From Candidatus Woesearchaeota archaeon UBA525 (lineage in GTDB: Archaea; Nanobdellota; Nanobdellia; Woesearchaeales; UBA525), in contig DAGG01000027.1 of assembly GCA_002498125.1 (NCBI GenBank), positions 35,862-99,861 on the forward strand: a stretch of 64,000 bases of DNA, read 5' to 3'. Position numbers and translations under genes: made by a program. A model generated the notes under the pieces. It was not told the origin of the DNA, did no database searches, and worked only from the letters and a program-made list of their open reading frames with translations. This document shows, piece by piece, positions 37,944 through 50,066 of the stretch. Position 1 is the stretch's first letter. Each line of letters begins with the position of its first letter.

Positions 37944-39912
37944 AGCCAATAGCCCTATCGACATCAACCACGAACTCGTGGAGAAGTACCACAAGGAAGT
38001 AGAGGAGACTCTCGTCACCTATGACTTCGGCAACAAGCGTCACTCGCTCCCCGAGCTCATGAACAAGATCGACAAGAAAGAGCCCTATGTCATGAGCGAC
38101 ATCGAGCGCGACAGCTACCTCGCGATCCGTGAGGGCATGCAGGTCTTCCGTGCGACAGCGCAGCTCGTCGGCGAGAAGGTCGGACTCAAGGAGAAGCTCG
38201 TCAACCTCGGATCGAAGGACCCTGAGCTGCTCAAGCTCAAGGACTTCTGCTACAGCTACGCCACGTTCGTGGCATCGAAGTACGTCGTGAAGAAGCTCGA
38301 CATGATTGTTGCAGCGAACAACGACGGCGGCATCCCCACCCCTGAGATGGACCTGGCCGCCCTCAAGCTCAACAACACGAGCGCCGAGAGCCTGGCCATG
38401 CGCCACCTGCTCGCGCCGGTGTACAAGTCATTACTGGACCATCTCGACGACAAGGACGCAGAGTACGGCCACCCCGTCCAGTTCGCGATGGAGATGCGCG
38501 AGGTCTTCACGCAGTACGCGAAGCTCGCGGCGGAGAAAGAGGACCAGTACCCGGACCTCGACCGCCACGTGAAGAACTACCAGTTCCGCGTGCTGGACGA
38601 CTTCATCGAGCTCAACGGCTTCGAGGACAAGAGTATCCCCGTCGCGAAGAAGCAGCAGGCGGCGAAGCTCACATTCCAGCCCATCAGCCCGAACGAGATC
38701 GTCGGCAACAAGATGGCGAAGCGTAAGATTGCGCGTTACATGGACCGCATCGCGCTCTACAACGCCACACAGCAGAACAACCCAATCCTCGACCTGGGAG
38801 GCCTCTCGTGGACCAACCTATTCGACGGCCCCCCAGGCACAGGCAAGTCATCCATGTTCCGCATGGCCATGACCATCCTGCAGAAGAGGGCGGAGCAGAT
38901 CGGACTTCCGTATAACGTCGTGATGGTCGACCAGTCGATTAAGGACGAGTTCTACGGCAAGACAGGTAAGATTCTGCTCAACAGGCTCGAAGTCACTAAT
39001 GACCCAAAGGCACTGAGCGTCGTAGTGTTTGACGACATCGACCTGCTCACGAGCAAGCGCGACGACGCGCAGGGAGCGGACAACGACGTCAACAACATCA
39101 TCATGCAATACCTAGATGGCGTCTTCACCGTCCGCCGCGGCAACGTAATCAACTTCGCGGCGACGAACAAGCCGACAGGTCTGGACGACGCGATGCGCAA
39201 CCGCTTCAACGACCGCCTGCTCATCGATGGCCCGATAACGAAGGAAGACTTCGCTGACCTCCTCGTGCTCCGCCTCGGCAAGCTCCAGAAGAGCGGCCTG
39301 GTCACCATGGACATCGGCTACAAGCCGTTCCAGACGCAGGACCAGATGGACGAGCACGGCCACTGGAGCGGCGGCAAGGTCGCCGAGTACATGGCCGAAG
39401 AGTTCGAGAAGCGCAAGGACTCGACATTCTTCAATGTCGGAGAGTTCTTCGCTGACCTCAAGAAGAAGAACCCGAAGATCAGCGGACGCTCAGCAAACGC
39501 CATCATCGAGGCCATCAAGGAGCGCTCAGCGGACTTCGATATCCCTGATGATTGGTTCGAGAACCGTGCGGCCTTCATCGAGCAGCCGTATGACACGCAG
39601 CGGGCGATGCTCAAGGATCTGTACGTAAAGATTGACGGCAGCATCTTCTTCCAGGAAGCCAAGCGCTACTTCGATTCGGAGGAGCGTTATGCGGAGAACG
39701 AGGCGAAGAGCGCCGTGGAGAGGAACTACAACGCCCACGCATGGGATGTCCAGGCGAGGATTCAGGTGCTGCGCGACCAGATAGTCGGCGGCGACAAGTC
39801 GAACATGGCTGAGCTCGCTGGCCTCGAGGCGCAGATGGAAGCGATCCAACAGGACAGGATAAAGACTGTGAGAGAAGTTGAGAAGCACGCAAAGGAGGAG
39901 AAGCGCAGATGA
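37927..39912 (+). CDS. AAA+ ATPase, classical/meiotic-clade-like, with long N- and C-terminal extensions
   Basis: Walker A GPPGTGKS, Walker B VVVFDDIDLL, sensor-1 ATNKP, second region of homology DDAMRNRFNDR; 661 aa. Confidence 0.8.
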   Translation: MISLTEANSPIDINHELVEKYHKEVEETLVTYDFGNKRHSLPELMNKIDKKEPYVMSDIERDSYLAIREGMQVFRATAQLVGEKVGLKEKLVNLGSKDPELLKLKDFCYSYATFVASKYVVKKLDMIVAANNDGGIPTPEMDLAALKLNNTSAESLAMRHLLAPVYKSLLDHLDDKDAEYGHPVQFAMEMREVFTQYAKLAAEKEDQYPDLDRHVKNYQFRVLDDFIELNGFEDKSIPVAKKQQAAKLTFQPISPNEIVGNKMAKRKIARYMDRIALYNATQQNNPILDLGGLSWTNLFDGPPGTGKSSMFRMAMTILQKRAEQIGLPYNVVMVDQSIKDEFYGKTGKILLNRLEVTNDPKALSVVVFDDIDLLTSKRDDAQGADNDVNNIIMQYLDGVFTVRRGNVINFAATNKPTGLDDAMRNRFNDRLLIDGPITKEDFADLLVLRLGKLQKSGLVTMDIGYKPFQTQDQMDEHGHWSGGKVAEYMAEEFEKRKDSTFFNVGEFFADLKKKNPKISGRSANAIIEAIKERSADFDIPDDWFENRAAFIEQPYDTQRAMLKDLYVKIDGSIFFQEAKRYFDSEERYAENEAKSAVERNYNAHAWDVQARIQVLRDQIVGGDKSNMAELAGLEAQMEAIQQDRIKTVREVEKHAKEEKRR

Positions 39913-41159
39913 GCCGCACACTGCAAGGCGAACAGATGCTCTTCAAGAGGCTCTTCCCCATCGAGGGTGAGCTCGTGGAGAGCTACAATCGCGCGCTCAG
40001 GAAGGTCACCGGTATGGAGACGAAGCTGTCCGCGTTCCATGTGGACCGGCGCGGAAAGTCTCCTGAAATCCAGCGCGAGCTGGGGCCGGACTACCTGCAG
40101 GCGGGTCATGCGAGGTACATGATCGTGGTCTCGCCTGAACAGGCAGGTATGGACATCATCCATCCTGAATTCTCGTTCGACGAGACGCTCTTCGAGAATC
40201 TGTACCAGAACCACCTCAGCGGTATCAGTATCGTCACGCGCGTAGATGGCCTGTACGGCGAGCTCGAGGACGGGCTGCGCGCCTACTCTGCCGACGATAT
40301 CACAGGCATCAAGTGGACGAAGACCCGCCTACACACACCATCAGGATTCATCACGAAGGCACGTGAGCTCAAGACGCTCATCGAGCAGCTTGAAACCGAT
40401 CCCTCCCTCCTCGTGAAGGAGAAGAGTGCTCACCTACGCAAGATGGTCGCGCTCGCCGAGGAGGTCGGAGACATCCGCGGCTACAGCATCACGAACATCA
40501 ACGCGACGCGCGATGTCGGCAGCTTCAGCACAACGCTGCATGGCGGGATGTATATCATCCGCGACGATGGCAACGGCACGATCAAGCTCAAGCGCCCCGG
40601 CCGCAGGGCCACGCGCAGGGAATCAGCAGTGACCGGACGCTCCTACGTCATCAGCGAAGCCGAAGTCTCATCGCCTGGCGTGACGCACATCCCACTCAAC
40701 GACGGCAAGCAGGTCATTGAGTTCCTCGTGCACAACCATCTCGCAGGCATCGATCCATCGCTCATCCCCGCGAGGCTGACGCAGATGGAAGATCTCATGC
40801 TCCTGCAGGCGCAGCACCCTGTAGCCAGGATGAACAAGTATGAGCGCCAGCAGGCGCTCGGCAAGGAACGCATGACACACATGCACCAGGAGCTGCTCGA
40901 TCTCAACAGGGCAATGGTCTACGGCGACGCGGTCGACCAGTATGATCTGGATGCAGGAGTCGTCGCCGCGCTCCTCACGCCGATAGAAGGCCCGCACGCG
41001 GGCGTCGTTTCGACGCTCACCACACACCTGTGGCCCCACGACTACACGCGCATGGCGAAGCACGACCCGTCACGCCTCGAGACGATATTCTCTGGCGCTG
41101 ACACGAACACTCAAGATTACATCATCAAGAAGCTCAAAGGTGAAGAATATGCCGACTGA
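39909..41159 (+). CDS. hypothetical protein (operon gene 5)
   Basis: Overlaps the upstream stop (ATGA); 416 aa. Confidence 0.45.
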   Translation: MSRTLQGEQMLFKRLFPIEGELVESYNRALRKVTGMETKLSAFHVDRRGKSPEIQRELGPDYLQAGHARYMIVVSPEQAGMDIIHPEFSFDETLFENLYQNHLSGISIVTRVDGLYGELEDGLRAYSADDITGIKWTKTRLHTPSGFITKARELKTLIEQLETDPSLLVKEKSAHLRKMVALAEEVGDIRGYSITNINATRDVGSFSTTLHGGMYIIRDDGNGTIKLKRPGRRATRRESAVTGRSYVISEAEVSSPGVTHIPLNDGKQVIEFLVHNHLAGIDPSLIPARLTQMEDLMLLQAQHPVARMNKYERQQALGKERMTHMHQELLDLNRAMVYGDAVDQYDLDAGVVAALLTPIEGPHAGVVSTLTTHLWPHDYTRMAKHDPSRLETIFSGADTNTQDYIIKKLKGEEYAD

Positions 41160-41988
41160 ACACAATTGGACATATGATATGGCAGGTCACTACGGCGCGG
41201 GTATCGTGCTATCGCTCGCCGATTACACAGCATACCGCCTCCGCTCGAAGAGCGAGGACCGCATCGCGCAGAAGAAGCGCTGCCTCGAGAGCATCGAGAC
41301 CATACTCAATGCGCAGGATATGAAGAACGTCACTGAAGAGACGCCGGCAATCCCGAGCGCCCCGAAGATCGACCGCGAATCCATGCAGTACGCGCTCAAT
41401 GTCGCGGAGGTCAAGCGCTACCTGACCATGGAGGACATGATCAAGGAGCCTTCGATATTCAAGCGCCTCGGCAACTACTTCCGCAGTGTGCCGCGCCACG
41501 AGCTCATCAACCCGCTCAGGTGGACGAACACACTCTACTTCGCGATGACCGCGGAGCTCGCGGAGAATGTTGTGGCCTGGGACTACTACACCAAGACTGT
41601 CGGGGACAGCCCGATTGGCGGTCTTGCGCGTAACGTCTACCAGGTGCCTGCATTCTTCGTCGGCCTCCAGACCGGCAAGGCCATCCGAAAGCCAATCGAT
41701 TGGATGGTGAAGCCCTCCGACGAAAAGAAGGCGGACAGGATGATCAAGGACCTCGTGCTCGATACGCCGATCGTTCAGATCGTGACAGAGTACGAACCGT
41801 CGGACAACGTACAACACCAGCTCGACGCGAGAGGCATGAGCTTCAATGCGCTCGCTGCACCGTTCAGCCGCGGCCTCAAGCAGCTCGCCGGCAGCGTGAC
41901 CGAATACGGCAAGCGCGCTGAGGCAAAACGCAAGGCGGAATCTGACGCGCGCATCAGCGGTTTCGACGATCTCACGAAGGATAGGTGA
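41140..41988 (+). CDS. hypothetical protein (operon gene 6)
   Basis: Overlapping, co-directional; 282 aa. Confidence 0.45.
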   Translation: MKNMPTEHNWTYDMAGHYGAGIVLSLADYTAYRLRSKSEDRIAQKKRCLESIETILNAQDMKNVTEETPAIPSAPKIDRESMQYALNVAEVKRYLTMEDMIKEPSIFKRLGNYFRSVPRHELINPLRWTNTLYFAMTAELAENVVAWDYYTKTVGDSPIGGLARNVYQVPAFFVGLQTGKAIRKPIDWMVKPSDEKKADRMIKDLVLDTPIVQIVTEYEPSDNVQHQLDARGMSFNALAAPFSRGLKQLAGSVTEYGKRAEAKRKAESDARISGFDDLTKDR

Positions 41989-43694
41989 ACAATATGGGCA
42001 ATGACGTCATGGACAGGCTGAACGCGCACCTGAAGAAGGAACGCAAGCAGCAGGACCTCTCCACCAAGGCAGGCAGGCTGAAGCGGAACCTGAAGAGCTT
42101 CGGCAAGAAAGCAGCCATCGGTGCAGCAATCCTCGGGACGCTCGGAGGCATCGGCACCTACTATCTCGGCAAGGATTACGTGACAAAGAGGCAGAACTAC
42201 CCTATCAGAAGGGTCCTCTACCACACGCAGGAGACCATGAACTTCGCTGGCGGCGAAGAGGAGTTCACATCACGCTACGCCGACCGCCATGAGGAGACGA
42301 CGATCCAGCGCGGCAGCATGGACGGCACGAAACTCGGCGACCCGCTCGGCTACATGCGTTATACGACAAATGATGAGCTCATGAACTACCGCCTTGAGGA
42401 CCAGGACAAGAACCAGATCGCGTTCGCGTCAGAGAAGCGCGAGCACCTCCAGGCAGGCCCACGCATAAGCGGCGGCATTGACTTCCAAGAACTCCAGGCG
42501 GACCTACTCGTCGGCAAGAAGGGCAAATTCATCACTTACACCTTTATGCCGGAGCGAGGCCTTGAGAACAAGCAGCTCAACTTACTCATGGACGACCACG
42601 GGGAGCTGCACCTAATGAACGAACTCGTCACCCGCCGCACGTGGGGGATTGGTTGGCTCAAGGGCGACGTGTTCCGCAGTGGCGCACGCATCAGCGAGTT
42701 CGCAGACACGCCGGAGAATAAGAAGATCAGCGCACAGCTCATCGCGGCAATCAAGGACTACAACAGCCATATCACACCATCGCAGCGCCAGCGCGAGAAG
42801 CTCGTGTATGAAATGATGTCGCTCAGCGAGAAGCTCGAGCGCGTGCCTGTGAGCGTGAGCCACGAGGACGGCATCATCGACTGGCTTCCACAGGAGTCAA
42901 CGACGTACCTCTTCAGCGACCCGTCGCTGGCTGAGCGCGCCAGGCTCCTCCTCCCGCAGAACTACAAGGGGACGAACACTCCCCGCATGCCAGAGAATGA
43001 ATCGTGGAGCGAACTCAAGTCCCACGGCATCAAGGACGGCGAAACCATCAAGCTGCGCGTGGAGAACGACTGGGACTTGTGGCCAGGCAACTACTACGGA
43101 CTCAACAAGATCGCCTTCGGCAAAGCACCGAACCTGCTTCGCCCCTTTGCGCACTACAACAACGGCGGCTACAGCATCATGGACCGCCGCGGCGAGGTCG
43201 CACGCGTGGAGATAAAGGACTTCATCCTATACTACGGCGACGACACCCTGTTCAAGTACTACCTTGACAAGAATGGCGACGGTCGCATCGACGAGAAGAA
43301 GGAGCTCATCGGACAGGTGCTCTTCCATATCAGCCAGGACGAGAGGAAGGACCTAGAGGGTGTCATCGGCAAGGGCCATGCAAAGAAGGACGTCACGAAG
43401 CGCTACAACTACTCGTTCATGGCAGGCAGTGACTGGGAGACAAGAAATGAGGACTTCTACCTCTGCAACACCATCGAGAGCTTCATGATGAACGAGATCA
43501 ACCGCGGCTACGGCAAGCACTCGTTCCTCGGCTATGTGAACAATCAGCGTTCGGCCATCATGATGCTCGAGACCAGGAGCCTCCCGAACCTCGCACGTGC
43601 GTTGACGAACGAGAGTACGCTCGTGATCAAGGGCGACCACATCGCGCTCATGCGCGCGGCCGGACGCGATTACGTCGACAAACGCGTCGAGTAA
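41985..43694 (+). CDS. membrane-anchored protein with EF-hand-like loop (operon gene 7)
   Basis: N-terminal TM (AAIGAAILGTLGGIGTYYLG); DKNGDGRIDEKKE resembles a Ca-binding loop. Confidence 0.45.
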   Translation: MNNMGNDVMDRLNAHLKKERKQQDLSTKAGRLKRNLKSFGKKAAIGAAILGTLGGIGTYYLGKDYVTKRQNYPIRRVLYHTQETMNFAGGEEEFTSRYADRHEETTIQRGSMDGTKLGDPLGYMRYTTNDELMNYRLEDQDKNQIAFASEKREHLQAGPRISGGIDFQELQADLLVGKKGKFITYTFMPERGLENKQLNLLMDDHGELHLMNELVTRRTWGIGWLKGDVFRSGARISEFADTPENKKISAQLIAAIKDYNSHITPSQRQREKLVYEMMSLSEKLERVPVSVSHEDGIIDWLPQESTTYLFSDPSLAERARLLLPQNYKGTNTPRMPENESWSELKSHGIKDGETIKLRVENDWDLWPGNYYGLNKIAFGKAPNLLRPFAHYNNGGYSIMDRRGEVARVEIKDFILYYGDDTLFKYYLDKNGDGRIDEKKELIGQVLFHISQDERKDLEGVIGKGHAKKDVTKRYNYSFMAGSDWETRNEDFYLCNTIESFMMNEINRGYGKHSFLGYVNNQRSAIMMLETRSLPNLARALTNESTLVIKGDHIALMRAAGRDYVDKRVE

Positions 43695-43710
43695 ATCCTC
43701 TTTTTTCACT

Positions 43711-44364
43711 CTATTTTGACATCTTCTCCACTTTCTCAGGTAGCTCACGCAGTGAATGGATGATGTTCTCGCCGCGTTTCTCTCCAGAACGGTCAATGAG
43801 TATCGCTTTCGCACCTGATGCGACCGGGACTGAGAAGTCCGACACAATATCATCGCCGACGTGGAGGATATTATGCGGCTCGGCGCCGAGACGCTCCATG
43901 ACAAGCCTAAATGCGCTCGGGTCCTTCTTGAGCACGCGCAACTCCGCCGGCGCAGAGACAATCTCTTTGAAGTACTTACGCAAGCCTAGCGCGTCGAGCT
44001 TCATATTAAGGAACTTCGGCTCCGAATCTGAGACGATAACAAGACGGTACTCCTTTGAGAGCATCTCGAGCACTGGGATCACATCACTGTACACGAAGAT
44101 ATGATGGCGCATACGCTCCATCAGGCTCTGCCAATCATGCAGCGCAAGACGCTTGAACCACATGTCGATGTCTGTCCAGTTCTTCACGTACTCTATGTAG
44201 AGCGCCTTGTAGTACTCAGAGTAGACCTCCTTCTTCGCAGTCTCAAGGTCAACACCGTGCGTATCAGCGTAGAGCTTGGGAATCTCCGTGTTCCAGATGA
44301 TTTTGTCGAACTGCTTCTCCGCCAGCGTGCCGTCGAGGTCGAAGGAGATGCAGGTGATGGGCAT
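43711..44364 (-). CDS. HAD-superfamily hydrolase
   Basis: ISFDLDGTL motif I and VGDDIVSD motif IV. Confidence 0.65.
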   Translation of the reverse strand: MPITCISFDLDGTLAEKQFDKIIWNTEIPKLYADTHGVDLETAKKEVYSEYYKALYIEYVKNWTDIDMWFKRLALHDWQSLMERMRHHIFVYSDVIPVLEMLSKEYRLVIVSDSEPKFLNMKLDALGLRKYFKEIVSAPAELRVLKKDPSAFRLVMERLGAEPHNILHVGDDIVSDFSVPVASGAKAILIDRSGEKRGENIIHSLRELPEKVEKMSK

Positions 44365-44451
44365 GATAATTAGAATACAAGACAGAGTTATAAACTCTTT
44401 CTAGAAAATCTATCAAGAGATTTTATATAGAAATAAATTGGTACGAGACTG

Positions 44452-46873
<2,422 letters not shown>

Positions 46874-46905
46874 AAGTATAAAAAGCCGCGTGCGTTCGTC
46901 CGATT

Positions 46906-47301
46906 ATGAACCTCCGCAACGTGCATCTGGATGAGCCACTCACCGCCCCAGCGACGGCGTCCGTTATAGAGATTGCTCGCCTGCTACGTGACAAGAAGCG
47001 TAGGCACATCTACCTCCTGGACGAGAAGGAATTCCCTATAGGCATCATTAGCATCACCGATATCAACGCTAAGGTCGTTGCTGAAGGGAAGTCTCCTGAC
47101 GGGCTCGTTGCGACGGACATCATGACAACTCCGCTCCACATGATCGATATCGAGAATGATATCGAGAAGGCGTACTACGAGATGGTCGCCCATGAAACTC
47201 TCGCGGTGCCTGTGACTGACAACGGTTTACTCGCGGGAGTTCTCTCATTGAGCGAGGCGCTCAGGCTCATGCTACGAGGAGACGATGGCGCTCGAAGATA
47301 A
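46906..47301 (+). CDS. CBS-domain pair protein
   Basis: Two CBS motifs. Confidence 0.6.
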   Translation: MNLRNVHLDEPLTAPATASVIEIARLLRDKKRRHIYLLDEKEFPIGIISITDINAKVVAEGKSPDGLVATDIMTTPLHMIDIENDIEKAYYEMVAHETLAVPVTDNGLLAGVLSLSEALRLMLRGDDGARR

Positions 47302-47851
47302 GCTGCGCGTGGCGAAAGCGGCGGGCGGCTTGGCTGCAGCGGTGCTTCCGGCCTTCAAGAGAATCAATCTCGATGAAGAGGTGGAGTACCTCGTCAAGCA
47401 CAACCCTATCATTGAGGAGTACGTGACGCGGAACCCCGCATACCGCAATGACCTCTTGGAGATCGCTAAGACGCAGTACACCAAGTACCGGCCCTACCTC
47501 ATCGGCGGCAACATGGTGGATAGCCTCGACAGGATCCTGAGCGCTGGGGGTATGCTCGCCGACGTTGCAGGCATCAGCACAGGAGGGCTCGGTAACGCGC
47601 TTTCGCTCGGCGAGGAGGGCGTCGAGATGACGTTCAAGCTGCCGTACATGCTCCTGTATACGCGCACGGGCGACTACGGGGCCATTCCCTACTGGCTCGC
47701 GCTCGAAGCGGCATCCACCATCCCGCTGGTTGGCGATGCGATTGACATGACGAATGCGTATAGTAACAGGGCGCACAGGTCATTCAGGAAAAGCATTGAG
47801 GAGCAGTTCCTCAGCAAGGTATCGAACGGGAAGAGTAGGACCTCGCACTAG
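47285..47851 (+). CDS. hypothetical protein
   Basis: 188 aa. Confidence 0.35.
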   Translation: MALEDKLRVAKAAGGLAAAVLPAFKRINLDEEVEYLVKHNPIIEEYVTRNPAYRNDLLEIAKTQYTKYRPYLIGGNMVDSLDRILSAGGMLADVAGISTGGLGNALSLGEEGVEMTFKLPYMLLYTRTGDYGAIPYWLALEAASTIPLVGDAIDMTNAYSNRAHRSFRKSIEEQFLSKVSNGKSRTSH

Positions 47852-48056
47852 ACTGGATATCTGAGCAAGGCTCTCGTCGAGAGATGTTCATCATTGATGC
47901 GTACATGAAAGACCATCTCCTCGAGTTCCGCAATCTACGGGATGAGCTCCTAAACGTCTCAAGCGCGCTGCTTAAGCGCCATAGCGCCATATAATACTGC
48001 TTTCTCACATACTCTGTCGTGACTATTATAAACCGATTCGCGCCACGAATGGTGGG

Positions 48057-48860
48057 ATGGGGCTTCGTCGATATGTAAACCGCGCCAGCATCGGCATCAT
48101 CGCCGGTACGGCCATAGCGATTCAGGCATGCGTCTACACTGCGTCCGCGAAGTTCGATGTGACGCCCAAGGCAGTGGTGCAGTACTTCTCGCGTTCCCAT
48201 CACAAAACGAGCATCAGCGAAGAGCTCCGGCATCCGAAGACTGTGGAGCAGCTCTCCTCGCTTTTCGATTTTAGCAAGAGCATGAATCCTGGAGGACTCG
48301 TCTACAGACAGGATGACGGATCCCTGAGGTTCTATCCAATCGTGCCGGAAAAAGCCTTCATCATCGCTGCAGAGAACGAGAGTTTGCAGAGGGCACTCGA
48401 GGACGCTTTGAGCCACTCTGATCCGCAAATCGCGTATAGGGAAGCCGAACGCGTCCTCAAAAGCCCCACCGTGAAGGAACGTATGGAGCAGAACTCGCTC
48501 AACGCCAATCATCAGAATGGCCTCATCATGCAGAAGTTGGAGAAGGCAATGCAGCAACCGGCACTGGAGCAGAGACTCAAGGATCTTGATGTGCTCACAT
48601 GGGTCTTTAGCAGTAATGCCTTGACAGAGTATGATGCGTCATTGTCAGATCATCTGTTATTCTATGGCCGCCAGCAGCCCAGTGGACGGTTTGTCGGCGA
48701 GTACCATTGCCATGGCCCGACGCAGATAGCTACTGAGGAAGCGAGGGAGGGCAGGCATCTCGTCCTCTACAGGAGCGGGCAGGCATTCCTCATCGAGGAA
48801 TTGGACCGTGGAGAACACCTGAAGCACATCATTCCTCCACCATTATCAGCCCGCCGCTGA
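48057..48860 (+). CDS. hypothetical protein (N-terminal TM)
   Basis: 267 aa with a balanced composition, unlike the overlapping antisense ORF. Confidence 0.4.
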   Translation: MGLRRYVNRASIGIIAGTAIAIQACVYTASAKFDVTPKAVVQYFSRSHHKTSISEELRHPKTVEQLSSLFDFSKSMNPGGLVYRQDDGSLRFYPIVPEKAFIIAAENESLQRALEDALSHSDPQIAYREAERVLKSPTVKERMEQNSLNANHQNGLIMQKLEKAMQQPALEQRLKDLDVLTWVFSSNALTEYDASLSDHLLFYGRQQPSGRFVGEYHCHGPTQIATEEAREGRHLVLYRSGQAFLIEELDRGEHLKHIIPPPLSARR

Positions 48861-49034
48861 TGCGCAATATTTATAAATGAACCACTGATTCTCGACAGTA
48901 CCCATTTTACAGGCCTGTACCAGCGGGCTTTCCCAAGGGTTGCTCCTGCGGGCAGTGGAAGGTATCTAAGCGAATTACGTGACAGTCCTGACACGCGATG
49001 CGTGTCTCATCGAAAAACAATCCGAGGTAAATTC

Positions 49035-49844
49035 ATGGCAGAGAAGCAGGTCAAGACGAAGATCAAGAAGAAGCACTGGGCGCAGATCATCGCGCCGAAA
49101 CTGTTCGAGAACATGGTGCTCGGTGAAAGCCACATCACTGAGAAGGACCAGATGCTAAACAAGAGCATCACCGCGAACCTTATGGTGCTCACCGACGATC
49201 CGCGCAAGCAGGGCTACAGCGTCCGCTTCGACGTGAAAGAGGTCAAGGATGGCAAGGCATACACGCAGGTCGTGGGCATCGAGATGACGCTCTCGGCAGT
49301 CAAGCGCCTCGTCAGGCGCGGCCGTGATAAGGTCGATGACAGCTTCATCCTCCGCATCGGCGGTGGTCGCCTCGTACGCATCAAACCGGTCGTTGTCACG
49401 AACACAAAAGCATCCAAGGCAGCGCAGACTGAGATCAGGCTCCTGGTTCGCAAGAAACTGCGCGAGATGTACGCGAAGATGCGTTTCGAAGATATCGTCA
49501 GGGACATCATCGAGCTCAAGGTGCAGCGCATGCTCAAGGACCTCTGCAGCAAGACGCACCCGGCGCGTTCTGTCGACATCCGCGAGATTACCATCATCTC
49601 CAAGGACCGCAAGATGACTGAGGAGATGGAGACACTCCTCGAGCAGGAGGCTGCCGAGGAGGATGCGCGCCGTGCGACGCTCGCGTCCGCTGCAGCAGCG
49701 GCGAGTGTCGGCGAGGAGACGGTGGCGGCAGCGCCCCGTAGCCGCAAGCCGCGCAAGAAGGAGCTCGCTCCGCAGGAGATCGAGGAGGCCGAAGAGGCAG
49801 GCAAGAGCCGCGCCGATGTCGGTCCCGAAGAGCCTGGCGTATAG
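49035..49844 (+). CDS. rps3ae: 30S ribosomal protein S3Ae (eS1) with acidic/Ala-rich C-terminal extension
   Basis: MAEKQVKTKIKKKHWAQIIAPKLF N-terminus typical of S3Ae. Confidence 0.7.
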   Translation: MAEKQVKTKIKKKHWAQIIAPKLFENMVLGESHITEKDQMLNKSITANLMVLTDDPRKQGYSVRFDVKEVKDGKAYTQVVGIEMTLSAVKRLVRRGRDKVDDSFILRIGGGRLVRIKPVVVTNTKASKAAQTEIRLLVRKKLREMYAKMRFEDIVRDIIELKVQRMLKDLCSKTHPARSVDIREITIISKDRKMTEEMETLLEQEAAEEDARRATLASAAAAASVGEETVAAAPRSRKPRKKELAPQEIEEAEEAGKSRADVGPEEPGV

Positions 49845-50066
49845 GCCAATCCTATCTTTCATTTTTCTCTTTATGTCTCAACTGCAAGATTTGATTCTCC
49901 CCGATTTATTTTCTATATAGAAATGGTTGTTCCACTCGACGAAACCGTCGGGATTGCATCCCGGGGTTTCGCGAGCTCCGCTCGCCGAAACGTAGGAAAC
50001 AAAGTTTCCTGGCTTCGAAAACATGTTCTCGAAACCTTTAAATCCCTCTGCAGGAGAAGAGCAAGT

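Noticed and set aside
47811-48557. 248-aa minus-strand ORF
   Set aside because: Arg/Ser-rich low-complexity translation overlapping the more plausible plus-strand genes 47285..47851 and 48057..48860.
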